From an uncultured virus (IMG/VR IMGVR_UViG_3300025869_000012) (Duplodnaviria > Heunggongvirae > Uroviricota > Caudoviricetes): a stretch of 64,000 nt of DNA. Location: the IMG/VR virus record IMGVR_UViG_3300025869_000012, one strand, 5' to 3'. The notes beneath the pieces are model-generated. The model made no database searches. It was not told the DNA's origin and saw nothing but the letters and a program-made list of their open reading frames with translations. The translations under genes were made by a program, and so were the position numbers. Of this stretch, positions 9,045 to 18,714 are shown one piece after another. The stretch's first letter is position 1, and each line of letters begins with the position of its first letter.

Positions 9045-9356
9045 ATGGCTGGTATTATAAAAACAAGTATCAACCTTACACTTATTCCTAAGGATAAGAT
9101 TATCACGGGTAAAAAAGGTAAATATTTACCCATATCTATCAGTGTTAATGATGAACCTGATCAGTTTGGTAACAACGGTCCTGTGATCGTTGATCAGACT
9201 AAGGAAGAAAGAGAGGCCAAAGCTCCTAAGGTTTACCTAGGTAATTCAAAGGTAGTTTGGACAAACGGTACTTTTCCTGAGCCGGTTAAAGCACAAGGTG
9301 CTTCACAACCTGCTCCACAAGCAGTTGCAGATAAACATGATGATATACCATTTTAA
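9045..9356 (+). CDS. Single-stranded DNA-binding protein
   Basis: Acidic C-terminal DDIPF tail; located in the replication module. Confidence 0.65.
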   Translation: MAGIIKTSINLTLIPKDKIITGKKGKYLPISISVNDEPDQFGNNGPVIVDQTKEEREAKAPKVYLGNSKVVWTNGTFPEPVKAQGASQPAPQAVADKHDDIPF

Positions 9357-9359
9357 TAT

Positions 9360-11075
9360 ATGAAAGTAAACGAGACAGAGATTAACGGATTTACGATTGA
9401 TAACTTCAATCAACACAAGCTGGATGTGGGTAAACCACAAGGCACGTGTCCTTTATGTTCTCATGATCGCAAACCCAAGAATAGAAAGCTTAAATGTGCT
9501 AGCTATGATTGGGAGCGAGGTCTCGGTACTTGTCACAACTGCAACGAAACATTTCAACTACACACATATGAGAGAAAAGGAGGTGCTGCCAAGGAATATG
9601 TAAAACCGGAGTTTAACGATACTACTAATAAACCTCCGGGTAGTAAAATGTTGAGGTGGTTTGAATCAAGAGGAATATCTCAGGATACATTAGATACGTT
9701 TGACGTATCTGAGGGTCCTGAGTATATGCCTCAAACTAATCAGATCGAAAACGCTATTAAGTTTAATTACCGCATGGGCGGTGAGCTCGTTAATGTTAAA
9801 TACCGTGATGGTAGAAAAAACTTTAAATTATATAAAGGAGCAGAAAAGATATTTTATAACGTAGATAGTGTTGTTGGATATGATTGGTGTGTTATAACTG
9901 AGGGTGAGATAGATGCATTATCTTTACATGAAGCTGGCGTCAAGTCAGTTGTGTCAGTTCCTAACGGAGCTACATTAAACAGTAACAACTTAGATTATCT
10001 TGATAATTGTATAGATTATTTTGAAGATAAAACTAAAATTGTTTTAGCTATAGACAATGACGAAGCAGGTCAGGCGTTACAACAAGAGCTTATACGTAGG
10101 CTCGGCGCTGAAATCTGTCACGTTATAGATCTAAAAGACTGTAAAGATGCTAATGAATATCTCGTTAAATATGGTAAGGAAGATCTTGCAAATATAATAG
10201 CGATCGCACAACCTGTGCCACTTGAAGGTGTTTCAACTTTGAAAGACTTTGAAGAGGAACTAAAAGACTTTGTCAAACATGGTTTTAAACCTGGATATCA
10301 AATAGGTTTAGATAACTTTGATAAAGTATTTAGTACATATACAGGTCAATTTATAACTGTAACAGGTATACCGTCGTCAGGTAAGTCTGACTTTGTAGAC
10401 CAAATGGTTGTTGGATATAACCAAAAGTACAGCTGGAAAACAGCATACGCTTCCCCGGAAAACCAACCAACCTTTTTACACGCACATAAATTAATGCGTA
10501 AGTTTTGGCAGGATCTGCCATTACCCTCTGATATTGATAATAAGACTTGGAAACATGTGTCATCACATGTAGACGATAACTTCTTTTTTATTGATATGGA
10601 CAAGTATGACCTCAAGTCAGTACTTAAAAAAGGTGCTGAGCTTGTTAAACGTAAAGGTATTAAATGCTTAGTCATTGATCCTTTTAATAAAGTTAGAAAT
10701 ACTGATTGTAAATCTGATGATGTTAATAAATATACATTAGATTATCTAACTGAAATAGAAGTCTTTGCTAAGAAATATGATGTATTAGTTATTATAGTAG
10801 CACACCCTACTAAGATGTATAGAACACAAGATGGTAAAATTGAAGAGCCAACTATGTATAACATCAAAGGTGGTGGTGAGTGGTATGATGCAAGTTATCA
10901 CGGCTTGTTAGTACACAGAGACTATGAGGCTAAGAACACAAAAGTAAAAGTATTAAAAGTTAAATTCCAAAACTTAGGTGAAAACGGTGCTGAAGCATTT
11001 TTTAAATGGGAGCCAAAGTCAGGTTGTTATATACCTGATGAGAAACCAGTTGAGGAAGAATTACCATGGAGCTAA
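9360..11075 (+). CDS. Primase-helicase (T7 gp4/Twinkle-like)
   Basis: N-terminal CPLC/CHNC zinc finger, TOPRIM (TEGEIDALS, DNDEAG, KDAN), Walker A GIPSSGKS, IDP, VAHP. Confidence 0.93.
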   Translation: MKVNETEINGFTIDNFNQHKLDVGKPQGTCPLCSHDRKPKNRKLKCASYDWERGLGTCHNCNETFQLHTYERKGGAAKEYVKPEFNDTTNKPPGSKMLRWFESRGISQDTLDTFDVSEGPEYMPQTNQIENAIKFNYRMGGELVNVKYRDGRKNFKLYKGAEKIFYNVDSVVGYDWCVITEGEIDALSLHEAGVKSVVSVPNGATLNSNNLDYLDNCIDYFEDKTKIVLAIDNDEAGQALQQELIRRLGAEICHVIDLKDCKDANEYLVKYGKEDLANIIAIAQPVPLEGVSTLKDFEEELKDFVKHGFKPGYQIGLDNFDKVFSTYTGQFITVTGIPSSGKSDFVDQMVVGYNQKYSWKTAYASPENQPTFLHAHKLMRKFWQDLPLPSDIDNKTWKHVSSHVDDNFFFIDMDKYDLKSVLKKGAELVKRKGIKCLVIDPFNKVRNTDCKSDDVNKYTLDYLTEIEVFAKKYDVLVIIVAHPTKMYRTQDGKIEEPTMYNIKGGGEWYDASYHGLLVHRDYEAKNTKVKVLKVKFQNLGENGAEAFFKWEPKSGCYIPDEKPVEEELPWS

Positions 11076-11716
11076 TGAAAAGATTTTATAACGCAAATCA
11101 CGCATTTAATTATTATCACGATTTGATAATTAGAAAGGGTATAGATTTTGATAATACAAAAGCTATATTTAACTGTGGGTTTTATATAGAAAACCCATTA
11201 GATAACCACATAGTAAATGAAGAACGTGGTTGGAAATATGAATATGCAGATGCCGAATGGCAATGGTATTTATCAGGCGATCAGAACATAGATAAACTAG
11301 GTGAGATCTACGGTAAAGTACCTCCTATATGGGAGCGTATGGCGGATGATAATGGTAACGTAAATAGTAATTATGGTTATCAGTGGAAACGTAATGGACA
11401 ATTAAATTATATTGTTAATAAATTGCGAGATAAACCTGATACACGCCACGCTGCTATATCAATTTACGACGGCAAAGAAGCTAGTAGTAAATATATGTAT
11501 GATACACCGTGTACTTATGCGGTTCAGTTTACAATAATAAATGATAAACTATGTATGTCTGTGTACATGCGATCTAATGATCTCTGGTACGGCTTTTGTA
11601 ACGATCAATACTGTTTCAGTATGTTGCAAAAGAAAGTCTCAGAGGATGTAAATAAGGAGGTCGGATGGTATTATCATCATGCACATAACATGCATTTATA
11701 TAATGACAAATTATGA
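11066..11716 (+). CDS. Thymidylate-synthase-family enzyme, probably dCMP-specific (hydroxy)methyltransferase
   Basis: DTPCT catalytic Cys; MRSNDLWYGFCND; HNMHLY. Confidence 0.8.
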   Translation: MELMKRFYNANHAFNYYHDLIIRKGIDFDNTKAIFNCGFYIENPLDNHIVNEERGWKYEYADAEWQWYLSGDQNIDKLGEIYGKVPPIWERMADDNGNVNSNYGYQWKRNGQLNYIVNKLRDKPDTRHAAISIYDGKEASSKYMYDTPCTYAVQFTIINDKLCMSVYMRSNDLWYGFCNDQYCFSMLQKKVSEDVNKEVGWYYHHAHNMHLYNDKL

Positions 11717-12483
11717 TATACTACATTTATCACATACCAGGTAAAAAGATTGGTGTGACGTGTGATCTTAATAACCGGGTCACTGCACAACAAGGTTATG
11801 CACCTGACGAATACGAAATACTAGAAACACATAAAGATATAGATGTTGTTTCTAATAGAGAATTAGAATTACAAAAAGAATATGGTTACAAGGTTGACCA
11901 TAGACTTTATAAAACTTTAAACCCCAAAACCAAAATGAAAATAAACGTAACAGAACAAACTACTACGTTTCCAGTACCTATCGATAGACTAAAAGGTAGA
12001 TTACACGATGTTATCGGTATGGAGTGGGAAACAGATCACGGTCGATTTAAAATAGACAGTGATACAATACAATGGATAATGAAAAACGTTAAAACTTCTA
12101 TGTATAATCCTAACAGATCTTACATATATAACAAAGCGTTTTCAGTATTTGCTAGTAAACCTAGTGTTAAATGCTCTAAAAAACCTCTTAAGATGTTTGA
12201 AAGTATTAGATCTTGGGCTGAAGAGAGAGGTATATACGCTGAAGGCGATTCAAAAACTCAATTAATCAAACTACAAGAAGAAATGGGTGAGCTAGCTAAA
12301 GCTACATTAGAAAACGATAAGCCAGAAGTTATAGATGCTATTGGTGATATGGTTGTAGTATTAACTAACTTAGCACATTTAAATGGTGTACACATTGAAA
12401 CGTGTATAGCAGAAGCATATAATGTTATTGCTAAGAGAAAAGGCAAAATGATTAACGGTACATTTGTAAAAGATGAAGGTTAA
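11713..12483 (+). CDS. Fusion protein with C-terminal MazG-like NTP pyrophosphohydrolase
   Basis: KLQEEMGELA...DAIGDMVVVL; N-terminus YIYHIPGKKIG is GIY-YIG-like. Confidence 0.72.
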   Translation: MIYYIYHIPGKKIGVTCDLNNRVTAQQGYAPDEYEILETHKDIDVVSNRELELQKEYGYKVDHRLYKTLNPKTKMKINVTEQTTTFPVPIDRLKGRLHDVIGMEWETDHGRFKIDSDTIQWIMKNVKTSMYNPNRSYIYNKAFSVFASKPSVKCSKKPLKMFESIRSWAEERGIYAEGDSKTQLIKLQEEMGELAKATLENDKPEVIDAIGDMVVVLTNLAHLNGVHIETCIAEAYNVIAKRKGKMINGTFVKDEG

Positions 12484-12721
12484 TACTAAAGATCAAATAG
12501 TTCTTGACGTCATCAAGAAGATGGATGAAAGAAGTTTAGTTGGCCAAAAAAAGTATGGCCAAACGATGACCAGTGAGGTCGAACAAGGCATGAAAGATCT
12601 TAATGATTTTTTAGATGATACTCAAGAAGAGATAATGGATGCATTGTTATATATACAAGCTGCTAAGAAATGTTTAGGAGATAAAATAATATATAGTTAT
12701 CCAGATGAGGAGGAAAATTAG
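12473..12721 (+). CDS. Small all-alpha NTP-pyrophosphatase-like protein
   Basis: R..VG.KKYG...QEEIMDALLY. Confidence 0.55.
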   Translation: MKVNTKDQIVLDVIKKMDERSLVGQKKYGQTMTSEVEQGMKDLNDFLDDTQEEIMDALLYIQAAKKCLGDKIIYSYPDEEEN

Positions 12722-13148
12722 AAGAAAAAAACGAGGTCCTGTCGTCAGTAAAAAAGTTACTGTTGATGGTATTAAGTTTGCTAGTGGACTTGAAGCCTAT
12801 ATGTATAGAGCTTTAAAGAAAGCTAAGATAAAAGCTCAGTACGAGAAACGTTCGTTTGAATTACAACCTTCATTTGAATTAAAAAATTCATCATATGAAA
12901 GGCAATCAAACGGTAAAGGTGATATGATTAATAGAGGAAACAAAAAGGTTTTATCTATAAATTATACACCAGATTTTGAAGGCACGAATTTTATTATTGA
13001 ATGTAAGGGTAGAGCTAATGAATCATTTCCACTACGTTGGAAGTTATTCAAAAAAGTTATAGCTGATAACTACCCTAAAGTGAGGTTATTTAAACCTCAA
13101 AAACAAAACGAGTGCGATGAAGTTGTTAAATTAATAAAACATGGCTAG
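12705..13148 (+). CDS. PD-(D/E)XK endonuclease (T7 endonuclease I/DUF1064-like)
   Basis: DGIKFASGLE; YTPDF...IIECKG. Confidence 0.78.
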   Translation: MRRKIRRKKRGPVVSKKVTVDGIKFASGLEAYMYRALKKAKIKAQYEKRSFELQPSFELKNSSYERQSNGKGDMINRGNKKVLSINYTPDFEGTNFIIECKGRANESFPLRWKLFKKVIADNYPKVRLFKPQKQNECDEVVKLIKHG

Positions 13149-13281
13149 AACATTAAACTTACAAGCGTATAGGTTTAAACCTAAAAAGAAAAGACCAGGT
13201 ATTCACTCTAAAAATAGGAATACAAAAAATATAAACGGTAAGTATTATAGTGGGTCTAGCTACAGAGGACAAGGAAGATGA
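13141..13281 (+). CDS. Small basic protein ending YRGQGR (46 aa, not in ORF track)
   Basis: KKKRPGIHSK...YRGQGR motif common in phage small basic proteins. Confidence 0.6.
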   Translation: MARTLNLQAYRFKPKKKRPGIHSKNRNTKNINGKYYSGSSYRGQGR

Positions 13282-13427
13282 AATTAATTAGTTGGGAATT
13301 AAGCTTTGGAATTTATCCAGGGTTTTTAGCAGGATACAGGCAGTACATTGATAACGATAATTTAAAAGTTGATCACGTGTTGTATGTATTCTTATTTGAT
13401 ATTTGTTTATCTTTATACTACGAATAA
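13278..13427 (+). CDS. Small hypothetical protein (49 aa, not in ORF track)
   Basis: ATGA overlap; ends 2 nt before the nrdB start. Confidence 0.5.
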   Translation: MKLISWELSFGIYPGFLAGYRQYIDNDNLKVDHVLYVFLFDICLSLYYE

Positions 13428-13429
13428 TT

Positions 13430-14389
13430 ATGGGACTATTTGATAAAAGAATTGCATATAAACCTTTTGAGTATCCAGAATACTATACAGAAGGTTGGTT
13501 ACCACAAGCGCAAGCGTTTTGGTTACACACAGAAATACCTATGTCAGGTGATGTGAAAGACTGGAACGAAAAACTTACTAAAGAAGAAAAGCATTTAGTT
13601 GGTAACATATTATTAGGGTTTGCTCAAACTGAGTGTGCCGTGTCAGATTACTGGACACAGAAAGTTGTTGGTTGGTTTCCTAAACATGAGATACAACAGA
13701 TGTCTATGATGTTTGGAAGTCAAGAAACAATACACGCAGTAGCATATTCCTATTTAAACGAAACGCTAGGTCTTGAAGACTTTGAAGCGTTTTTACACGA
13801 ACCTGCTACAGCAGAAAGGTTCGATAACTTAGTTAGTTATGATGGTACAGATCCAATAGAGATAGGTAAATCTTTAGCAGTGTTTAGTGCATTTGCTGAA
13901 GGTGTAAGCTTATACTCTGCGTTTGCGGTACTATATAGCTTTCAACTAAGAAACTTGTTAAAAGGTGTCGGTCAACAAATGAAGTGGTCTGTTAGAGATG
14001 AATCGCTTCATAGTAAAATGGGTTGCAAGTTGTTTAATCACATGTGTGAAGAAAAACCACTATTGCGTAAAGCTTGTAAACCTCATGTTCATGATGCAGC
14101 TATGACAATGCTAGAATTAGAAGAAAAATATATAGACAAGATGTTTGAGAAGGGTGATCTGGAAAACTTAACTGCTTATGATTTAAAACAATTTATAAGA
14201 AGAAGAACAAATGAGAAACTTAAGGAACTCGGATATGAAGAGCTCTTCGACTACGACAAAAAAGCCGCGAAAAACCTGGATTGGTTTTATCATCTTACTG
14301 GCGGGCATACTCATACCGACTTTTTTGCTATTAGGCCAACAGACTACAGCAAAGCGAACGAAGGCGAAGATTTCGAAGATATTTGGTAG
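13430..14389 (+). CDS. nrdB: Ribonucleotide reductase class I beta subunit
   Basis: ETIHAVAY, EGVSLYSAF, DESLH di-iron motifs; ATG 13430. Confidence 0.95.
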   Translation: MGLFDKRIAYKPFEYPEYYTEGWLPQAQAFWLHTEIPMSGDVKDWNEKLTKEEKHLVGNILLGFAQTECAVSDYWTQKVVGWFPKHEIQQMSMMFGSQETIHAVAYSYLNETLGLEDFEAFLHEPATAERFDNLVSYDGTDPIEIGKSLAVFSAFAEGVSLYSAFAVLYSFQLRNLLKGVGQQMKWSVRDESLHSKMGCKLFNHMCEEKPLLRKACKPHVHDAAMTMLELEEKYIDKMFEKGDLENLTAYDLKQFIRRRTNEKLKELGYEELFDYDKKAAKNLDWFYHLTGGHTHTDFFAIRPTDYSKANEGEDFEDIW

Positions 14390-14396
14390 GTAATAT

Positions 14397-16118
14397 ATGT
14401 GGAGTAACAGATGGATAAAAGGTCAGGACTACCCAGAGTGGGCAGACGCTGATGTGTATAAAAAAACAATAACTGGTGGTTATCTTTATAACGGAGAGAC
14501 ACCTAAAGAAGCTTACAAACGTGTAGCTAAAACAGCTGCAATGCGACTTAAAAAGCCTGAGCTTGAAGAAAAATTCTTTGAGTATATATGGAATGGTTGG
14601 TTATGTTTAGCTTCGCCAGTTTTATCAAACCTAGGTACAGAGAGAGGTTTACCTATCTCTTGCTTTGGTATTGATGTAGCTGATAGTATACAAGACATAG
14701 GACAAAAAAACCTAGAGATGATGCTATTAGCTAAACACGGTGGTGGCGTAGGTATAGGTATAAATCAAATTAGACCAGCTGGATCAGAGATTACAATGAA
14801 CGGTACATCGGATGGTGTTGTACCTTTCTGTAAGATATATGATTCAACTATACTTGCTACAAACCAAGGTGCTGTAAGAAGAGGTGCAGCATCAGTTAAT
14901 TTAAATATAGAACATAAAGACTGGGAAGACTGGTTAGAGATAAGAGAGCCAAAGGGTGACGTTAATAGACAATCACTTAACTTACATCAATGCACTGTTA
15001 TTGGTGATAAGTTCATGAGAAAGCTTGCTGCTGGTGATAAGGTTGCAAGAAGAAAGTGGGGTAAGCTATTACAAAAACGTAAAGCAACTGGTGAGCCTTA
15101 TATAATGTTCAAGGGTAATGTTAATAAACAAAACCCTAGTATGTATAAAGATAATGCTTTGAAAGTTTATATGACTAACATATGTTCTGAAATAGTATTA
15201 CATACAGATGAGAACCATAGCTTTGTATGTTGTTTATCTAGTTTAAACCTAGCTAAATATCATGAGTGGAAAGATACAAATCTAATATACGATAGTATAT
15301 GGTTTTTAGATGGCGTACTAGAAGAGTTTATACAGAAGGCTAAGAACAGAAGAGGCTTTGAAAACGCTGTAAGGTTTGCTGAGAAAAGCAGAGCTTTAGG
15401 CTTAGGTGTTTTAGGTTGGCATACTTATTTACAACAATTAGGTTTTCCTTTCGAAGGATTATTAGCACAATATGAAACAAGAAGGATTTTTAGTCAGATT
15501 AAAATTGAAAGTGAAAGGGCTAGCATGGCGCTTGCAGAGACGTATGGTGAGCCGCTATGGTGCGTGGGTTCCGGATTCCGTAATACTCACCTTCGTGCTA
15601 TTGCACCTACCGTTTCTAACTCAAAGCTTGCTGGCAATATTAGCCCAGGAATCGAGCCGTGGGCTGCTAATGTATTTACGGATCAAAGCGCGAAGGGCAC
15701 GTTTATCCGTAAGAATCCGACTCTTGTCGAAGAATTCAAGAAACACAACTTGAATAATGACAAGGTATGGGATCAGATATTAGCTGATGGTGGATCTGTG
15801 CAAGGTATAAAGGCATTAGATAAGATTACTGTAGGTGAACACGATGTACCTATAAAAGATGTTTACAAAACATTTAAAGAGATAAATCAACTAGAGCTTG
15901 TTAATCAAGCTGGCATACGTCAGCAATATATAGATCAAGCTGTTAGTTTAAATTTAGCATTTCCTTCTGAGGTAGATCCTAAGTGGTTAAACAAAACACA
16001 CTTAGAAGCTTGGAAAAGAGGAATAAAAACATTGTATTATATGAGAACCGAGTCTGTGCTTAGAGGTGATATAGCCAAACAAGCAATGGACCCTAACTGT
16101 TTAAGTTGTGATGGATAA
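14397..16118 (+). CDS. nrdA: Ribonucleotide reductase class I alpha subunit
   Basis: SCF, GGGVG, TNICSEI, VCCLSS, IAPT, KTLYY, C-terminal CLSC. Confidence 0.95.
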   Translation: MWSNRWIKGQDYPEWADADVYKKTITGGYLYNGETPKEAYKRVAKTAAMRLKKPELEEKFFEYIWNGWLCLASPVLSNLGTERGLPISCFGIDVADSIQDIGQKNLEMMLLAKHGGGVGIGINQIRPAGSEITMNGTSDGVVPFCKIYDSTILATNQGAVRRGAASVNLNIEHKDWEDWLEIREPKGDVNRQSLNLHQCTVIGDKFMRKLAAGDKVARRKWGKLLQKRKATGEPYIMFKGNVNKQNPSMYKDNALKVYMTNICSEIVLHTDENHSFVCCLSSLNLAKYHEWKDTNLIYDSIWFLDGVLEEFIQKAKNRRGFENAVRFAEKSRALGLGVLGWHTYLQQLGFPFEGLLAQYETRRIFSQIKIESERASMALAETYGEPLWCVGSGFRNTHLRAIAPTVSNSKLAGNISPGIEPWAANVFTDQSAKGTFIRKNPTLVEEFKKHNLNNDKVWDQILADGGSVQGIKALDKITVGEHDVPIKDVYKTFKEINQLELVNQAGIRQQYIDQAVSLNLAFPSEVDPKWLNKTHLEAWKRGIKTLYYMRTESVLRGDIAKQAMDPNCLSCDG

Positions 16119-16890
16119 TTTAATGAAAGAGTTACTAGATCCTGTTGATCCTAAAGTATTTTTTAAAGAGTACTGGGGTAAAAAGCATTTAGTATTAAGA
16201 AGAAATAAATTTAAAAACCTGTTTAATTGGAATGACTTTGAGCAGTATGTGAACGAGTTTCCTAAAATACCTAACCTACAAATAATAGGTTGGGATGATA
16301 AACATGAGAAGTGGTGTCTTGATAAGGTTAAAAAAGGTAAATTAAAATTACCTATGCTAACTAAAACACAAGTACACAAAGCATGGACAGATGGTAAGTC
16401 ATTTGTAATACCATTTGCTGAATATAGAAAAGAAGTACTTATGAATGTTTGTAAAACATTTGAAAGGTATTTTGCAAAAGGTCAGGTTAATGTATACGCA
16501 TCGCCTGGTAAAGGATCTAAAAGTTTTCCAGCGCACGCTGATAATACAGAAAACTTTTTATTTCATACTCAAGGTAGAGTTAAATGGAGAATATTTAAAG
16601 AGTTTGCACCAGATAAACCTAAAGAAATACTTGAAGAGTTTATATTAGAAGCAGGTGATTTATTATATATACCACAGTTTCAATATCATGAGGTTATACC
16701 TATTGGCGCTAGAATATTATGTAGTATTCATTTTCCAAACAAACCAAAGCAGTCATTAAAGAATTTTCAAATATCAAAAAATTCTAAACGTGAGCCATGG
16801 TATAAATGGCAACCAGAAAAGTATGATGCTGATGGTTATAGAAATAATGAAGACTTTCCATACAAATGGAAACATTCTAGAAAATGGTAA
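16108..16890 (+). CDS. JmjC/cupin-4 family Fe(II)/2OG oxygenase
   Basis: FFKEYWGKK; HAD...GRVKWRI...LEAGDLLYIP...HEV (HxD...H triad). Confidence 0.8.
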   Translation: MMDNLMKELLDPVDPKVFFKEYWGKKHLVLRRNKFKNLFNWNDFEQYVNEFPKIPNLQIIGWDDKHEKWCLDKVKKGKLKLPMLTKTQVHKAWTDGKSFVIPFAEYRKEVLMNVCKTFERYFAKGQVNVYASPGKGSKSFPAHADNTENFLFHTQGRVKWRIFKEFAPDKPKEILEEFILEAGDLLYIPQFQYHEVIPIGARILCSIHFPNKPKQSLKNFQISKNSKREPWYKWQPEKYDADGYRNNEDFPYKWKHSRKW

Positions 16891-16891
16891 C

Positions 16892-17830
16892 ATGAAACAA
16901 GAAGAAAGAAAAAATCATCAAGTACACGATGCAGACACTTTTCTTGAATATAGAAGAAAACAAGAACAAGTACATTTAAATAGAATAAAAGGTAGTACTA
17001 ATCCGTTAGATGCTATACTTACTATTGAACTTAATACAACTGAGTTGTGTAATAGAAAATGTATATTTTGTCCAAGGTTTGCGGCTGATGTTTATCCTAA
17101 TAGGAATTTAAACATGAGTGTTGAAGTTGCTGAAAAAATAGCTAAGCATTTAGCTGATGCTAATTATACAGGTAGAATATCTTTTAGTGGATACAGTGAA
17201 GGACTATTAAATAAAAGCTTTGCTGATATAGTTTTTACTTTTAGAAAACATTTAAAAGATAATCTACTAGAGTGTAACACAAATGGTGATGTGTTAGGTA
17301 CGAGAGTAAATCCTCAGGACCTATATAACTCAGGCTTAGATATGTTGTATATAAATATGTATGATGGACCAGATCAAGCCGATCACTTTCTTAAAATAAT
17401 GGAAGAGGCTGGTGTATCAAAACGTAAGTTTAGTTTGCGAGCTCATTATAATTTAAAAGATTATGGTTTAAAGCTTAATAATAGAAGTGGTGTAATAGAC
17501 TGGATAGGTTTTGAAGATCACGATATTGAAGAGTTGAAAGGTAAACCATGTCATTATCCATTTTATAAAATGTTTGTTGACTGGAATGGCGATGTATTGT
17601 TTTGCTCAAACGATTGGGGTAAAGAAAGAAAGATAGGTAATATAGCTAAACAAACTTTAGAAGAGGTTTGGATGGCTGATGATATGAAAGAGATAAGACA
17701 AAGATTAAAGCACGGTGATAGATCACAGAGCCCATGTGATAAATGCTCTGTTAAAGGTGATTTATTTGGTAAGCCTAGTTTTGATCTTATAAATAAACAT
17801 TATGAAAGTAGCGATAACGGGAACAACTAG
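16892..17830 (+). CDS. Radical SAM protein with SPASM/Twitch domain
   Basis: CNRKCIFC; C-terminal CHYPF...DWNGDVLFC..D...IGN...CDKC; ATG 16892. Confidence 0.88.
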   Translation: MKQEERKNHQVHDADTFLEYRRKQEQVHLNRIKGSTNPLDAILTIELNTTELCNRKCIFCPRFAADVYPNRNLNMSVEVAEKIAKHLADANYTGRISFSGYSEGLLNKSFADIVFTFRKHLKDNLLECNTNGDVLGTRVNPQDLYNSGLDMLYINMYDGPDQADHFLKIMEEAGVSKRKFSLRAHYNLKDYGLKLNNRSGVIDWIGFEDHDIEELKGKPCHYPFYKMFVDWNGDVLFCSNDWGKERKIGNIAKQTLEEVWMADDMKEIRQRLKHGDRSQSPCDKCSVKGDLFGKPSFDLINKHYESSDNGNN

Positions 17831-18401
17831 AGGCTTAGGTAAAGCAATACAAAATGAGTTGTGTGGCAAGTGGGTACCAGTAGGTTTTAATAGGCCTAAG
17901 TATGATATATGCTGTCCTAAATGTATAAATGCATTAACTGAAGAATTAAAAAACCCTGAGTATAGAGTTTTTATAAACAACGCTCATGAAACATTTTGTC
18001 AGACAGAAGTGTTAGCGGCTGTGTTTAACTTATGGGCTAATGACTCAAGTAAAGTTATTGTAAATATAAATAGTAGAGCAAAGTATCCTAACCTATCAAA
18101 GGGTCTTATGTATTCGGCTTCTAAAGCTTCGTTATCACATTTATCAGATAGTTTAAAATTTACTACACCTAAAAAATGTAAGATAGTAGATGTTAACTTA
18201 GGTTTACTTGAATCAGATTTACCCAGTTTAACATATAAAGAAGCGGCACATACTATAGTATGGGTAATTCAAAACGCTACTCAAAGAAGAAAATTAGAAA
18301 TAGGCTCAATAGATTTGTATCACAATGAGTCTTATGTAGAAGTACAAAAACAAAAACAAATAAAATTAAATGAAAGCAGGAAAAATATGGGGAAAAACTG
18401 A
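17802..18401 (+). CDS. Short-chain dehydrogenase/reductase
   Basis: ITGTTRGLG, INNA, YSASK. Confidence 0.85.
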   Translation: MKVAITGTTRGLGKAIQNELCGKWVPVGFNRPKYDICCPKCINALTEELKNPEYRVFINNAHETFCQTEVLAAVFNLWANDSSKVIVNINSRAKYPNLSKGLMYSASKASLSHLSDSLKFTTPKKCKIVDVNLGLLESDLPSLTYKEAAHTIVWVIQNATQRRKLEIGSIDLYHNESYVEVQKQKQIKLNESRKNMGKN

Positions 18402-18714
18402 AAAGATCCACGCTAATGGAGTTTTTGAGTTTCACCGAATAGAATTTAATAAAGGATTTAAATGCTCAGAACACGAGCATGAATTTAAATGGAACGGATT
18501 TTATGTAGAGTCCGGTAAAATGTTAATCAGAGTCTGGCAAGATGATCAAAATCTTTTAGATGAGACAATATTAGAAGCAGGTGATTTTACTATGGTTAAA
18601 CCTGGTAAATATCATCAGTTTGAAGGTATTGAAGATGGTGTAGCTTTTGAGTTATACTGGGCTGAGTTTAACCACGATGATATAAAAAGAAGAACATCAG
18701 GTAAGAGAGCATGA
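18370..18714 (+). CDS. Cupin-fold protein (sugar isomerase-like)
   Basis: CSEHEHEFKWNGFYVESG...PGKYHQF. Confidence 0.7.
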   Translation: MKAGKIWGKTEKIHANGVFEFHRIEFNKGFKCSEHEHEFKWNGFYVESGKMLIRVWQDDQNLLDETILEAGDFTMVKPGKYHQFEGIEDGVAFELYWAEFNHDDIKRRTSGKRA

